Shown here: positions 22,761 to 36,200 of the stretch, in pieces
Position numbering within the stretch: position 1 is the first letter of the stretch
Layout: every line of letters begins with the position of its first letter
Assembly: GCA_001244265.2 (NCBI GenBank)
Contig: CDLV01000007.1
Location: forward strand, 310,001-374,000
DNA from: Microbotryum violaceum
Lineage: Eukaryota
Length of the DNA: 64,000 nt
Direction of reading: 5' to 3'
Notes under the pieces: generated by a model
What the model saw: only the letters and a program-made list of their open reading frames with translations
Database searches by the model: none
Told to the model about the DNA's origin: nothing
Position numbers and translations under genes: made by a program

Positions 22761-24357
22761 TTAGGCGTTCGCTTGCACAGCAGCGGCGGCCAGGTTGCCC
22801 ATCGCCAGAACGAGTTGCGAGATCGTGTCGAGGTTCGAAGTCGCTGGCTCCGGCTCCGGCGTCGGATCCGCACCCGAAGACGTAGGAGACGCACCCGTCG
22901 CACTTGGGTCGAGCGAGGCAGATGTTGAAGTGGCTACTACGGTTGCATTTGCTGCACTTGAAGGGTCCGCTACGGTCGTCGAGTTTGCTGTCGGTGATCT
23001 GCTTGGGTGAAGAAGACTGATTAGTGTGGCGATCTGAAGGGTTCGTGCAAGAGACCGGTACGTACGTTGTTGCAACTGTGGTGTTGCTGTGTCTGAAGCA
23101 ATAAAAGGGATGACAGATTATTCGTCAGTGCAATATCCTGGGGACGTGTGGACGGGCGGGAATACTCACGCAACGAACGACGTTGTGAAAGCTTGTGTCG
23201 TAGTCGGCACAGGGGTCGGCGTGGTAGTGGTCGTGGTTGCTGCACACAAAGACGAGGCGCATGTGAGTTGCGGCACCAGATTTACTCTTTTAAGAAACCA
23301 ATGTACGCACTTGTGGTGGTCGCAGTCGTCGTCGTCCTGACGGCTGTTGTTGTTGTTGTGGTGGTGGTGGTGGTCGTGGTCGTCGTCGTCGTCGTCGTCT
23401 TCGACTTGGGTGCCGATCCGCCACTCGACCAACTCATGTAGAAAATACCGACGGACGGGTTCGCAAAGTAGTTGAAAAGACTCGGTGACATGTCGAGACC
23501 GCCATAGGGACATCCACTAATGATGAGGCATGAGAAGAGAGAGAGCCATGTCAGCGGTTGGCTCGGATAGGGATCAGGACGGGGGAGGTGAAACATACGG
23601 GCAAGCGTCGAGCTGTGGACCAGGAGGATAGGGTTTATGTAAAGAGAGGTCAGTGACCTTTCCTTTCTCTTTCTCACGCGATGTACACTCCGAGTTTGTC
23701 CAGTTCCTAGCGACGTACAACCTGAGCTTGTGTACTCTTGCCACCTGAGGAGACAGGAATAAAATTTTCCACTTCGAGTCAGTGATCTGGTTCCAAGTCC
23801 GATTAGGCGGATCCGACGCACCATATGTGATGGTAATAGTCTGGAAGCACCACGACGACACGGCTCCGAGATCTCCGTACTGCGCCTGATTCAGCGCGAC
23901 CATCTGATGACCGGAGCGAGCGATGAAAGATCAGTTCCTCGGCATGATGAACCACATCTTCGGCCACGACATCTTTTCACGAAGCACTCACAAAATCGCT
24001 CGGTTTCGAGTGTGTACCGCAAGCTCCGAGACCAGGATCGAAGAATGATGCCCTGCCGGAGAAGGAACCTCGCTTGGCGAGCGAGTGCATTTCCTTGTCC
24101 GTGCCCGTCGTCGAATTTTCACTCGTAGCCGCATCCCGGCTCTGCAACGGCTCGGTATGCGGCGAAGTTGACATCCGTAGTCGTCGATGGTGAGATTTAC
24201 TCTGTTCGAGGTGGCGTTTGGCCGCGGCGTGCTGTGCGTCCGATCCGATGACCCCGAGAGGGGCCAGTGCTTCGGGTGAGGTCGACGCGGAGACTAAAGT
24301 CGAGTGGGTCGTCGCGGTGACCCAAAGCAAGGTACCGATCAGATTCGTGGCCCTCAT
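22761..24357 (-). CDS. Secreted RlpA-like double-psi beta-barrel (expansin/loosenin-like) protein with Thr-rich tail
   Basis: Signal-peptide-like N-terminus, a KR site, then GRASFFDPGLGACG, MVALNQAQY, CFQTITITYG, DACP and GCPYGGLDMSPSLF; a poly-Thr tract encoded by the trinucleotide repeats at 23345-23400. Confidence 0.88.
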
Positions 24358-25651
24358 GATGGTGTAAAAAGACGAAAGGTGGAAAGTTGGTTAGAGTCGT
24401 GTGGCGTGACGTGGCGTGGGTCGGATCGAGATGTGGTCGCGGTATGTTTGGGCGCGGCGGGACTGGATCGACGATGGGCTTCCGCTTTGCTTAGACTCAA
24501 CAGGTGTCGACAGCGAGCGTTATATGTAAGGAACGTGGGCGTTGTCAAAGGTTGGCGACCAGTGGAGGGTATCGGAATATGCAGGCTAGTAGTGTACGAT
24601 GCTGGCGCAGCTTAAGAGGACAGACAACGCAGACGCTAACAAAGGCTCGTTCGCGGTCTCCGCGCGGGCTCCTCCTTACAGCGCTCCGCGGGCTTTTGAG
24701 GGCGGGCGACGATCGTTTCCCTAATGACGGGAGCCGAATCACGTGTGGGCTCGTAATCTCAATGAAGCTCTAAGTAGCACTGTACAGCATGCCCAGCTTT
24801 CTTGTGGTTCCTTCGTCCAAGACTTTTTCTCTCCTTCTCTCGCTCTCTATGTACGACATAAGCAAGGCTTACAACTCACCTTTCGCACTCGTTCATCTTC
24901 AGCGACCTCGGTCAACTCGCGCGATAGAAGCTGAATCAACTTTTCGTGAAAGAAAGTCGTGACGCGCGTGCGTTCGTCATCGACGCCAAAAATGGGAAGC
25001 GTTCGACGGTCGACGACTGACGCGGCGGCGGACGATCTCATCATCAAGCCACAAAATGGGGTCGTATTCAAAAGCGAGCTAGCGAATTATTTACCTACGC
25101 ACATTTCATAATGAAGTAAGCCTCACGGGTGAGATGAGCAATGAACATCACGCTAAAAGCGCTAGAGAAGCGAACCATCATCGGCGTTTCAAAAGCCGGC
25201 GACGGCGAGCCGGTTCATCGGCGCCGGCTCACAAGCCGTGGCTCGCGTGGATGTTCGGCGCGCAGCCTATAAAACAAGAAGGCTGCGGTAGGTGCCTAGA
25301 TGGATCGCTTCGGTGCTTGAGATAGGTCTACTTATATTGAACGGCAGGCGTAGTATCAATATCTTCGAAGCAAAGCTCTATGAGTTGACTCCGCACCGCT
25401 TTCAGCTCGGCGTATGCACGAAAACGCGGATCAGAGAGGAGACGGCGTGTAGCCGACCCACATTTGCCGATTCAGCTCGGATCCGGCCATTTGATGTAAA
25501 TCTATGCATCGGACGCGGCCTCGGACTATGGTTAGTTCAGGCAACGATGCAGCACAGAATCAGCAAAACACATTTTATACGACAACTTGCTCTCGACCGA
25601 GCCGGGTTCATCACTCACATGAACTCGAGTTTGACGCCCTGCTGCCCTCGA

Positions 25652-26626
25652 TCATGACAGCGCAACCTCCACTCCCACCAGAAATCCGCCTCGCTTCCTC
25701 TTCAGAGAAGCAACTGTTCTGGCTCGCTTCGAGATGTCCTCGTATGGGATCGCGCGCAAACCTCCGAGGACAAAATTGGTGAATTGGTCGAGGCGCTCGT
25801 CTTCCTCCTCATCTTCCTCCTCGTCTTCCTCGTCGTCTTCCTCGTCGTCTTCCTCGTCTTCCTCCCCATTCTCCTCCGGGTCCTCCTCGTCTTCCTCTTC
25901 GGAGCCGCCTTCGCTCGAGGTGGGGAGGGACGAAAGCGATGACGAGCTCGTGGAAGAGAGGGGCCTCATGGGATACTCCGAACATTGGTGTGGACCAAAA
26001 GAAGTGTGAAAGGCACGGGCGTCTGTATCTTGCCACTCGGATCTGAAGAAGCTCGACTCGTTCGACGCAGATCTCGACCTCAATGCGGTCGAACCGGCGG
26101 CGGATGGCGAAGATGACATGCATGAGGTTGACGACGACGACGACGACGTGCAGGGGGTTGACGACGAAGACATGATCATATTGTGGTTCTCTTTCTTGGG
26201 GGCCCGATAAAGTGGAGCTGGTGATCGAGGGAGCGCAGGACTAATATGTGGGCTAGCCGCACCGTTCTCCTTGCCACTAGGATGCGCCGGTTCGGCACGC
26301 TCATCTCGATCCGCAGGGGATTCGCGAGATGAATGCCACAATGTGTAGAACGTGTCCGAGTATTGCTTGTAATGGATGAAAGGTTTCGTCACTCGGGTCA
26401 TCTTGGACGAGCCAGACGCACGCAGCTGGTACAGAGGTATGCGCTTCTTGCGCGGGCGCGTTCGTTGCGGAGGCGACAGGAACGCTGCTGCTGATGCTGA
26501 CGCTGGTGGTGGTGACGAAGTCGTGTCGAACACAGGTGGTGGTGGCAGCGTGCATCGACGCCCGGGCCGGTCACGCTCGGTGGTGCTGTAGGGAACGAAC
26601 AGCTCAAACGGGTGCGGCGGCATCAT
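25652..26626 (-). CDS. Hypothetical Ser/Pro-rich protein with long acidic tract
   Basis: 324-codon ATG-initiated ORF with an E/D-rich tract (~25795-25900) and basic NLS-like patches (RPRKKR, LKRKR); no known domain recognised. Confidence 0.55.
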   Translation of the reverse strand: MMPPHPFELFVPYSTTERDRPGRRCTLPPPPVFDTTSSPPPASASAAAFLSPPQRTRPRKKRIPLYQLRASGSSKMTRVTKPFIHYKQYSDTFYTLWHSSRESPADRDERAEPAHPSGKENGAASPHISPALPRSPAPLYRAPKKENHNMIMSSSSTPCTSSSSSSTSCMSSSPSAAGSTALRSRSASNESSFFRSEWQDTDARAFHTSFGPHQCSEYPMRPLSSTSSSSLSSLPTSSEGGSEEEDEEDPEENGEEDEEDDEEDDEEDEEEDEEEDERLDQFTNFVLGGLRAIPYEDISKRARTVASLKRKRGGFLVGVEVALS

Positions 26627-27358
26627 GGGTCAACGGTGAGGGTGCGAAGAGAGATAGCGCCTCCACCTGGCGTGCATGTTGGGAAGCGCGCTCACGAAAG
26701 GGGTCAGTGCACGAGGCGCCGACGGCCAGACGGCGCCGGCGCAGGAATTTAAGTTTAGGGGGGTCGAGGAGCACTGAAATCGAGCTCCTCTCCGCTACAC
26801 ACATCGAACAAGTTCGGTCCTCGAGGCTTTGCTTAGGTACTCCGTGCTGAATTATGCAACACGATAAATCAGCATTAGGAAGGTGAGTGTAATTAGCCAA
26901 TGCGCCTTGCCAAGCCGCTTTCGTCGATCTTGTCAATGGGCGATGTCGGGTGCCTCGCGCGCGCGCCTGATTTGGGTCGGATGCGAAAGCTGGGAGCAGC
27001 GGAGATGGCGCCGCTCGCTCGGACTTCAATGTGCCACCGCCGCTCAAAGCTGGCTTATGCCTCTGGCCCAGAAGCTCGGCTCGGTGTTAAAAATCGCACG
27101 ACAGCCATTCTCGGCAAGCATGAGGATGCGCTACGAGCCTCGTCGCGGTGCTTCGACGACTTCAAGCTGTGCGCCGATCCATCGACTCGGGGACACTTGT
27201 CACTTGCCTCGATACAGTGACTCTGAAGGTTTCCTTCCTCTCATCTCCTTGACAAGTACTCGAAATTGTGTTGTCCTCGACGACTCGAGCTTGAATCGAC
27301 ACCAATTCGTTCATTATTGCCCCAAAAAGACTCGTCAAGAACCGAGCCAGCGATACGT

Positions 27359-30300
27359 ATGCCGGCCACGATCACCACCTCCTTGCGAGGTTGGCTCAAG
27401 CGCGAGCCCTCGTTGGTAGAGCAGCTCAGCCCAGAGTCAAACGACGTCCAGCCCGCTCGAATCGCACTCAACCACTCCTCTTCGTTCGACGACGATGATG
27501 AAATCAAACCCGTTACTCCATTGTCGAGTCCTCCCCATCTCGAGAAGAACCCGGGCCAAGTCAATTCGGAGTCCGAGGGGGTGCACCACATACAGGAAAA
27601 CAATGCCTTCCTCGACGAGGCCGATCTTGATTCCCAGTTTCTCGATGAGAATGGCAAAGAGGTAATTGAATGGGTCTGAATGAACTGGATTGAGAAAATT
27701 TTGTCGATCTATGTTGCTCCATTGATCCAATCGTCTCACTGCAGCGTCCTATCGAGACCCCTCAAGATTTTGCAACTCGGTGGGTCCTGGTGGCCGCAGT
27801 CTCTGCTCGGCGATCAGAGTCGATCGCGTCCGTCGTACTGACACCCGTTTCATTATATGCAGTCTCATGTCACTTGAGGATGAGACTTCGCTCAAAGTAC
27901 ACACCGTCCGAATGTGGACCATCGGGATTCTTCTGACCGTTTGTGAGTACTCAGACGTTCAAACAAGATCATGCGATCGTCGAAGCACTTGCTCATGCAG
28001 ACTCTACGTCCTCCCAAAAGTCGGTGGAGTTCTGGGAGAAGTCTTCAAATTCCGGCCACAAGGATTGGATGTGTCAGCACTGTTCCGTGAGTCTCTGCGA
28101 TGTAATATCGTGATGCTCGAAGAGCCTCTGGGGCTGACTGGGGCTAACTGGGGCGCCTCCTACGCCATTTTACAGTTCAAATTGTCGCATACAGTACGAA
28201 ATACTCTTACATCTATCAAAATGGACCAAGCTTGAAGCACCGAAGGACTTATCTCATCCCTCTCGCCTTGCACAGTTTTCGGCGTTGCCTGGCACAAGCT
28301 GCTCCCCAAAGCCGAGCGCGGCAAGTTCTGGGCTGTGCTCAACCCTGGCCCCTTCAACATCAAGGAACACGTTTGCATTACCGTCATGGCCGGTGCCGGA
28401 GCTACCGGAGCACTTGCGCTCCCCGCCTTTGCTGCCGAGAGGATGTATTGTGGGTTCTTAGCTAATGGCCCGAGCGCATGGCTTCGATGTCTGACACCAA
28501 ATCTGCCGGTTCGTAGATGATATCGTGCCGAACAAGGCAATGGCGATCTTGACCCTGCTCTGTGAGCCCTCTACATTGAAGGGCCTCACTTTCGGAAAGA
28601 AAGAGCAACTTCTAATCCGGCAGGTTTTTTGACTGCAGCATCGCAATTCTTCGGCTACGGTCTCGCGGGCCTGTTCCGATCGGTCGTAGTTTACCCCACG
28701 TATGCGGTTTGGCCCGAGCTGATACCGACTGTGGCATTGGTGGACACACTTCAGTAAGCCGATTCAAGTGTAACAAATGGCCGAGCTCCAGGCGAATATA
28801 CTGCACCCAGCTATCCCCTGCGCAATCAAAGGAACACGGACTCGGAGCTGATATTCCACCTTGATCCACGCAGCCGTGATCAAAACCTGGCGGTGCAAAA
28901 GCATCGATACAAGGTCTTCTGGATTGTGAGCAACCTGCCTGAACCAATCGATAGCACAGACTGACAGTTCTATTGCTGGCTCTTCGCCCACTTCCACTGC
29001 AACAGATCTTGGCCATCGCCTTCGCTTGGGAATGGTTTCCGCAGGTTATTGCCCCCACCTTGACTGGCATCAGTGTTTTCTGGTACGTCAAAATGTGATG
29101 AGTCAGTCGAAGAGTATTTCACTCAATTTAGGAATCCGTTGTTTGGCGGGGCACAGCCTTGCGAATCGCACCAATACCAACTTTACTCGACTTTTCGGAG
29201 GCACAACTGGAGCTGAGGGTCTCGGACTCTTCTCCGTAAGCTTGGATTGGCTCTCGATCACTTCGGGTAAATCAAGGTTGTTTTTATAAGTATGTTCGGG
29301 ATGAAAATAGCGTCTGACTTGCGCTTCATCTTCTTACAGCCCCTCTCTTCCAACCTTGGGGCACTACCGTTTCTGAAGGAGGTGGAGTCGTGTTAGCCGC
29401 TATTGTGTCGATTGCCGGATAGTGAGTCGTCGTATACTTCCGGGAGGATACCGGGAAAGCGGAAGGATGTCTGATATACCCCTCTGTTGTTTTAAAAGCT
29501 ATGGCAACGTCTGGAACGTTCGAAAGCTTCCCCTGATGGGCCAAACACTTTTCCACGAGGTAAGCATTCTGCTGAAACAGGACTGGGCCCATGCATGCCG
29601 TTCGGGGGTGCCTTCACTTCGGTGTACTTGTTAGGCAATCAGGATGGTTTACAACATTCCCTAGGTGTCGACTGCATCACACCTGAGCTTCTAGTTGACG
29701 CTGCTGTGCCTTCATCCCACGACTTTCTAGGATGGCCGGCTTTACAACCAGAGTCTCATTCTGGACTCGCATTACCGACTCAATCAAACCGCCTTGGCAA
29801 TTCAGGGTAGGCCATTGACGTGCCCCAATTTCTAGAAAGCGCACTGAATGTTTGCTACTCACGAGGACAGGTCTTCCTTCGTTCACATGGACTCGTGCTG
29901 GTACGTCGGGCAACGTATAGCGCCACCACACGGACACTGACCTGGCATAATTTTCGCCCGTCTAGTGATGAGCATCGGTGTCAACCTGAGTATCAGTGCT
30001 TCGATCATGCACGTCATCTTGTGAGTGCCCTCGTCCAAATAACGCAATTTCAAGTCGCCTCTAAACAAACGTCTCTGACCAAAATTGACCCAATGCCTAC
30101 TTGCGCCTGATCAGATGGTACCGCCCGAGGATTCTCGAAGCCTGGAGGAGGTGGCGCGGCAAGGTCCAAAATGACGCCCATTACCTCAAAATGCAAGCCT
30201 GTGAGTACGCTATCCTAAAGGATCTTTATGAAATGCACAAATCGACTGATGCGAGACCTCGTCTCCTGCAGATCCAGAATGCCCTACGTGGTGGTACTCT

Positions 30301-32472
30301 GTGACCGCTGTCCTATCCTTCGCTCTCGCCCTCATTTCGCTGTACCTTGCAAATACCGGTATGCCTTGGTACGCGCTCGTCGTCGGATGTCTCTTTGCTC
30401 TGATATACACACCTGGTGAGCTCTACTAGCTGTGATCCGATCCGATTCGATCCGGATGCTGGGAATCCCGGTGCTGATTGGTATCTTTCAACGCATTGCG
30501 CAGTCATGTGCCTCCTCGCGTCCATTACGGGATTCGGTATCTCGGGTGGGGCTCTCACGCAAATGTAAGTGGCGGGATTATCGATACCACTTACGATATT
30601 AATTCGATTGACGCGTTGATTGGTCAACAACAGGCTTGGCGCTGCTTTGGTCCCGCACAATGCTCGGGCGAATCTTTATTTCCGTGTGAGTAGCCGTCAG
30701 TTTAACAGAAGCGGAAGACGTAGTGCACGAGCTTACGGGCTTAAGGATCTGGGACGACTTTCAGCTATATAGCAGCAACAGTGTCATCCAAGGCGCTACG
30801 ATGATTCGAAGTCTCAAGGTGAGTCTAATCTTCCTGGGCGGGGTCTGAGCGGGTTCGCGCCGTTTGGAGGCTTCTGTAGTGACTGGCTGCTTTCCACCCC
30901 TTCATTCGATCCCACGAGCAGTTTGGCCAAGTGAGTCAGCTCCGCCACCTTTTCTTAAAGCTATCTAAAAGGACTGACTAACCGCGTTTCGTCTACTCTG
31001 GCAGTATACGAAGGTAACGTCGCTTTTGTGAACGATCTCACTGAGTTACAAAGACTAACCACAAGTTTCCGCTCCTCATCGGTATTGCTGCAGGTCCCAC
31101 CACGTGTGATGTTTGTGGGTCGAAGGAAAAGAATCGGTGTGTTTTCAAATGAGACAAATGGGCTCACGAGCAATTGACGCTTGGCCGTGTACTCCTTACA
31201 GACCGCTCAATTCGTCGGCACCTTCATCGGCTCATTCGTCTCCTACGCCATTGTGGGTGTCTGATCCTATCGCGTTGCAGTTGCCAAGCGTCAGCTTACA
31301 TCTTTTCAGCTTTGATTTATCAGATGAACTGGATCGTCGATACACAGTATGACGTGTTGCTCACCGTCGAAGGCACAATTCAATGGACTGGAATGGGCGT
31401 GCAGTCTTTTAACGCGCAGGTGAGCTGCCTCTCACATCCGAATCTCGCCTTGCGCCACTCTGATCCGATATTTTCCTTTTCTCGTTGTTCCTTACAGGCG
31501 GTAACGTAAGTTTATTCCCCTAACCCCCTTCTGAAGTCCCTCAGTCTCACGCGAAGATTTTGCCGTTCCTCCCTTTCTGATAGCTGGGGTGCACTTGGAA
31601 AAGAGATGGTGAGTCTCCCCTGTTTTCCTCTCATTTTTTGGGGGGAGTCGTAGGGTGCTGACACCAATGAGTCTTTTCTCCAACAGTATGGCCCCAGTAA
31701 GTGGGAAAACACTGGCATCGTTATTTCAAGGGGCGAATTTAACCTTGAATGTCCTCCCGTCCCGCAGAAAGCAAATATTACATTGTGCCCATGTCCTTCG
31801 GTATGTCTGCGCAATCAGGTCTCGAATTGGAGGGAGGAGGGAACGCAAGCTGACCCGAGGCCGAGGGGGTCGTTAGTGATTGGATTCTTTGTTCCAGTGC
31901 CGCTCTACCTAGGTCACCGACTATTCCCCAAGCTCCATTTGAACCGCATCGTCACTCCGGCGCTGTGCGCGGCCATTGGCGTGCTCTCGGTGTGTATCAG
32001 GCTGCACTCCATCGTCCTGCAAAGTATCTCGATCTGAAAATTCTAACGATCACCTTTGAACTGGTTTTCAGGCTGGAATCACCTCGAGGCTCATGTCCTA
32101 CTTCTTCGTGGCCCTGTTTTCCCAACTTTACCTGCGCAAACGTCATCCGACCCTCTTCCGCAAATACAATTATCTCTTTGCTGCAGCGCTCGATGTACAT
32201 CGGGAGGGGTCTCAGGAAAATTTGAAAAATCCTGAATTAGACTTTCATCTCACAGGGCGGAACTCAACTAATGGTTTTCGTCGCTACCTTCTCGATCAAC
32301 GGCGGTTCAGGAATCATTCACGAGTTCCCGAACTGGGCACTCAAGCCTGAAGGACATACCGATTGTGAGTATTTGACGGAAAAATCTATTCAAAGGCAGT
32401 CTCATAATCCCAGATTGACCTCGATCCACTCTCGCAGATTGCGCCATGCTACCGTCGCATAGTGGAGCATGA
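27359..32472 (+). CDS. OPT-family oligopeptide transporter, copy 1 (more than 30 introns)
   Basis: HTVRMWTIG, LNPGPFNIKEH, GYGLAGL, VYPTYAVWP, WEWFPQVIAP and FRKYNYLFAAALD OPT motifs; ends DYCAMLPSHSGA* at 32472. Confidence 0.92.
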
Positions 32473-33290
32473 TTTCTGCCGTTCTTGCCTGAATACACGT
32501 GCGGCTCCGTTTGATCACCAAATCCTACTCTATCTGCAATTTAAAGGAAAGCATTTTGACTGGTTCGAAGCGCGCAAAGTGTTCAATACATAGGCCACAC
32601 ACTTCTTCGGGCACACCCGTCGTTCTCAGCCAGCGCAACGCCGCGTGCGCGCGCTCGCTTGACATGCTTGACAGATCGGCGGCGCTGACCCGCGGTATGA
32701 GCCGGAGTGAGGAGATCATCGCTACACGACAATATGGCTGATCTAAAATCATGGTCTGTTAGCTGAAAAAGAAGAAGATTTGTTGAGGATCATGCGTAAC
32801 AGCGAAAGTCGCATAATAGGCACCCGTTGGCAGATGGCAGCAGTTGGAGACATGCGCTCCGATCCTGCCGCTTTCGGTTGAAGCGGTGAATAAGCCCAGG
32901 CGCGAGGGCTCGGACGCGCGGCCCGATTCGGTCAAACAGTCACAGTGGCGCCTCATTCGGAGTTTTCTTGAGCCTCAACCTTCGGACGCGTCGCGCTGTG
33001 AAATTTGAGCTGTCGCTGACTCACGACTGTAGAAGGTTGCCAGGTCTGGATCGACATTGAGAAGAATGCCCCTGCGACCCCCTCGCGCGAGCGACCTAAA
33101 CCGAACATCTGGCAGCCGCGGGGGCCGATCGGCAACCTGTCACCGACTCGAAGTCGTGTTGAGGCTGCCGCGTGCCTGCTTTCGAGCTCAATCGGCATGA
33201 ACCCACGGCCAGTTTCCTTTGACTTCCGTCCTCTCACACATCTGCAAACGATTTGTTCGCACTTCACGATAGTCTGCCCAGTTGCCCCAG

Positions 33291-36200
33291 ATGGAGCAAG
33301 ACGAACCGCACAGATCCTTGCCCTCGGCCATGGCGGCCAAGCTCTCGTCTCGGCTGTCAGTCTGGCTGCGCCGATCGTCTTCTACGGAATCCGCCCCAGC
33401 CTCCACCGCGGACGCCCAATCGATCAAAACCGGAATAAAACACTCGTCGTCGCTCGATGAATCCGAGCAACCTGATCCATTGGACAATCATCCCACTCTG
33501 GAGAAGAATGCCGGTCGGACCTTGTCTCGGACCGAGTCTCACATCCAGGAGAACAATGCCTTTCTCGACGCGGCCGATCTGGATCCCGAATTTCTAGATA
33601 AGAATGGGAAGGAAGTACGAAGAGAATCCCAACTATAACCGTTTGTTTATGTATATAATCTGACGACTGATTATACTGTGTCACAGCGTCCGATCGAGAC
33701 TGCTCAAGATTTTGCAACTCGGTGAGTCCGGACCCAACTGTAGATAAAGCGAATGATGCGTCGTGTTCAAATATGTCCTAACGCCGCTAAATTATCCTAT
33801 GTTCGATTAGTCTCATGTCACTGGAAGACGATCCATCGATGCAAGTGCACACAGTACGAATGTGGACCATCGGCATCGCCCTGACCGTCTGTGAGTAGCA
33901 TCCCCATGCGACAGAGCACCACCAATTTTCCAGACTAATCAAACTTCATTTGGCAACAGTTGGCGGAGTGATGGGTCAAATTCTGAAATTCCGACCCCAA
34001 ACATTGGACGTATCCGCTTTGTTCCGTAGGTCACGACCGGCCTCGAACTGAATCGAATTCCACCGCTGACGTGAATATTCCTACTCCCCCTCAGTGCAAC
34101 TTGTTGCATATAGTACGCTCGAAACCCCCTCCCAGCCTCGCAGATTTTTATTGGTACGGGAGTATTAACGACTCTTCTTCTTCTTCGCAACAGTCATGGG
34201 TGTCGCATGGCACAAAGCTTTTCCCAAGGCCAACAAGAGCCGTTTCTGGGCAATACTGAATCCGGGGCCTTTCAATATCAAGGAACATGTCTGTATCACC
34301 GTCATGGCCGGAGCCGGAGCTTCTGGAGCACTTTCACTCCCCGCGTTTGCCGCTGAGAGGATGTATTGTGAGTCCTGCTTGTGAGGATGGGGATCGCTCG
34401 AGATGATCACTGATTCCGGGCATGCTTCTGCAGACAACTTATCGCAAAAGGATTCACTAGCGCTTATGACTTTGATTGGTGAATAAAAACGCGAGGAAAA
34501 CTATGCCAACGCCTCGAGCTGACTTTTCCTTTCTAAACGACGTTGTTTGTTCACAGCTTCACAATTCTGCGGCTATGGCATGGCCGGACTGTTCCGATCC
34601 GTGGTCGTGTACCCGACGTACGCGGTCTGGCCGTCCTTAATCCCTACCGTATCACTTGTGGACACTTTACAGTGAGTTTGTTAAAGTCATGTAGCGTATC
34701 TTAGGAAAGAACGCGGACTCGCTCAGTCGAGACCCGCGGGCGAGGGGAGACTGCTGCGCAAAATCACATCGCTTTCTACATTTGGAGCAGAGAGCTGACG
34801 TCTCTCCGAACCTTACCCAGTCGTGACGGTGATCTTTCCGTCCAAAAACGCCGATACAAGGTCTTCTGGATTGTAAGTGGATGGACGCCGTCTGTTACTC
34901 GTTGAAGAGAGGAGAGCTCACCAGATTCGGCTACAAATTCTCCTCCTCCAACAGGTTCTCGTCACGACTTTTGCATGGGAATGGTTCCCCCAGGTCATTG
35001 CGCCCACATTGACTGGCATCAGCGTATTCTGGTGAGTTAGAGCAATGAAGTTTGGTCTGCTCCACTCACACAATTGAACTCATTAACCCTTCCTTGCGCC
35101 CTGGCTTGCGCGCAGTCTCGCGAACCGTACGAGCACCAACTTTACCCGTCTCTTCGGTGGTACGACGGGAGCGGAAGGTCTTGGTTTATTCGCCATCAGT
35201 TTTGACTGGCTTTCGATCACTTCGGGTACGTTCAGTGCGGATATGGCTCTGATTGAAGTTACAAAATCTGATCCCATTGCGTTGGTACATGATCACAGTG
35301 CCCTTGTTCCTGCCTTGGGGCACAACCGTTTCTCAAGGCGCCGGTGTGATCCTGGCCGCCATCGTGTCAATCGCCGGATAGTGAGTTGTGCTCGATCATT
35401 ATGTTTTGGACGGTGTTTGACCCGTGACCTCCGCTCATTCTTTCAGCTACGGCAACGTCTGGAACTCGCGCCAGCTTCCTATGTTGGGAAGCACGCTTTT
35501 CTATGGGGTGAGTGCGCGCGGCACCGACCTCGATTGACCGACCCTACTTTCATAGATCAAATCCATTGACGTTGAATGATTGCAGAACGGGACCCTGTAC
35601 AACCAGAGCCTCATCTTAGATGAAAATCACCAGCTCAACAAAACCGCCCTGGCAATTCAAGGTAAGCGCACTCATGCCGTCTCGGGAACATGAAATCCAC
35701 TCACATTCTCTCGTCTTGATTCTCCGTATAACGACAGGTCTCCCTTCGTTTACTTGGACGCGTGCTAGTGCGTAATAACCTGAGACGAGATATTTCATAG
35801 CATGTTCATCTGATTCACGAGATACTGCTTCGGGTTCACTTCTCTGCAGTTGACAACATCGGTACCAACCTTTGTATTACAGCGTCAATCATTCATGTGG
35901 TTTTGTGAGTTGATGTGACGGGAGGAAGCTGTTGTATGCGAGACTCACTATGTTTGACACTAGGTGGTACCATCCGAGAATCATCGAGGCGTGGACAAAG
36001 TGGCGTGGCAAGCTTCAAGATGACGCACATTATCTCAAGATGCAAATCTGTAAGTCTTCACAATGTTTTCGTTTTTCCCATCGCAATGCTGATAGTTCTC
36101 GAAGAAATGCTAATTGATATCTCTCTCCGCACGAAGACCCCGAATGCCCGGCATGGTGGTATGTAGCCACCGTCGGTCTCTCCTTCATCCTCGCCCTCAT

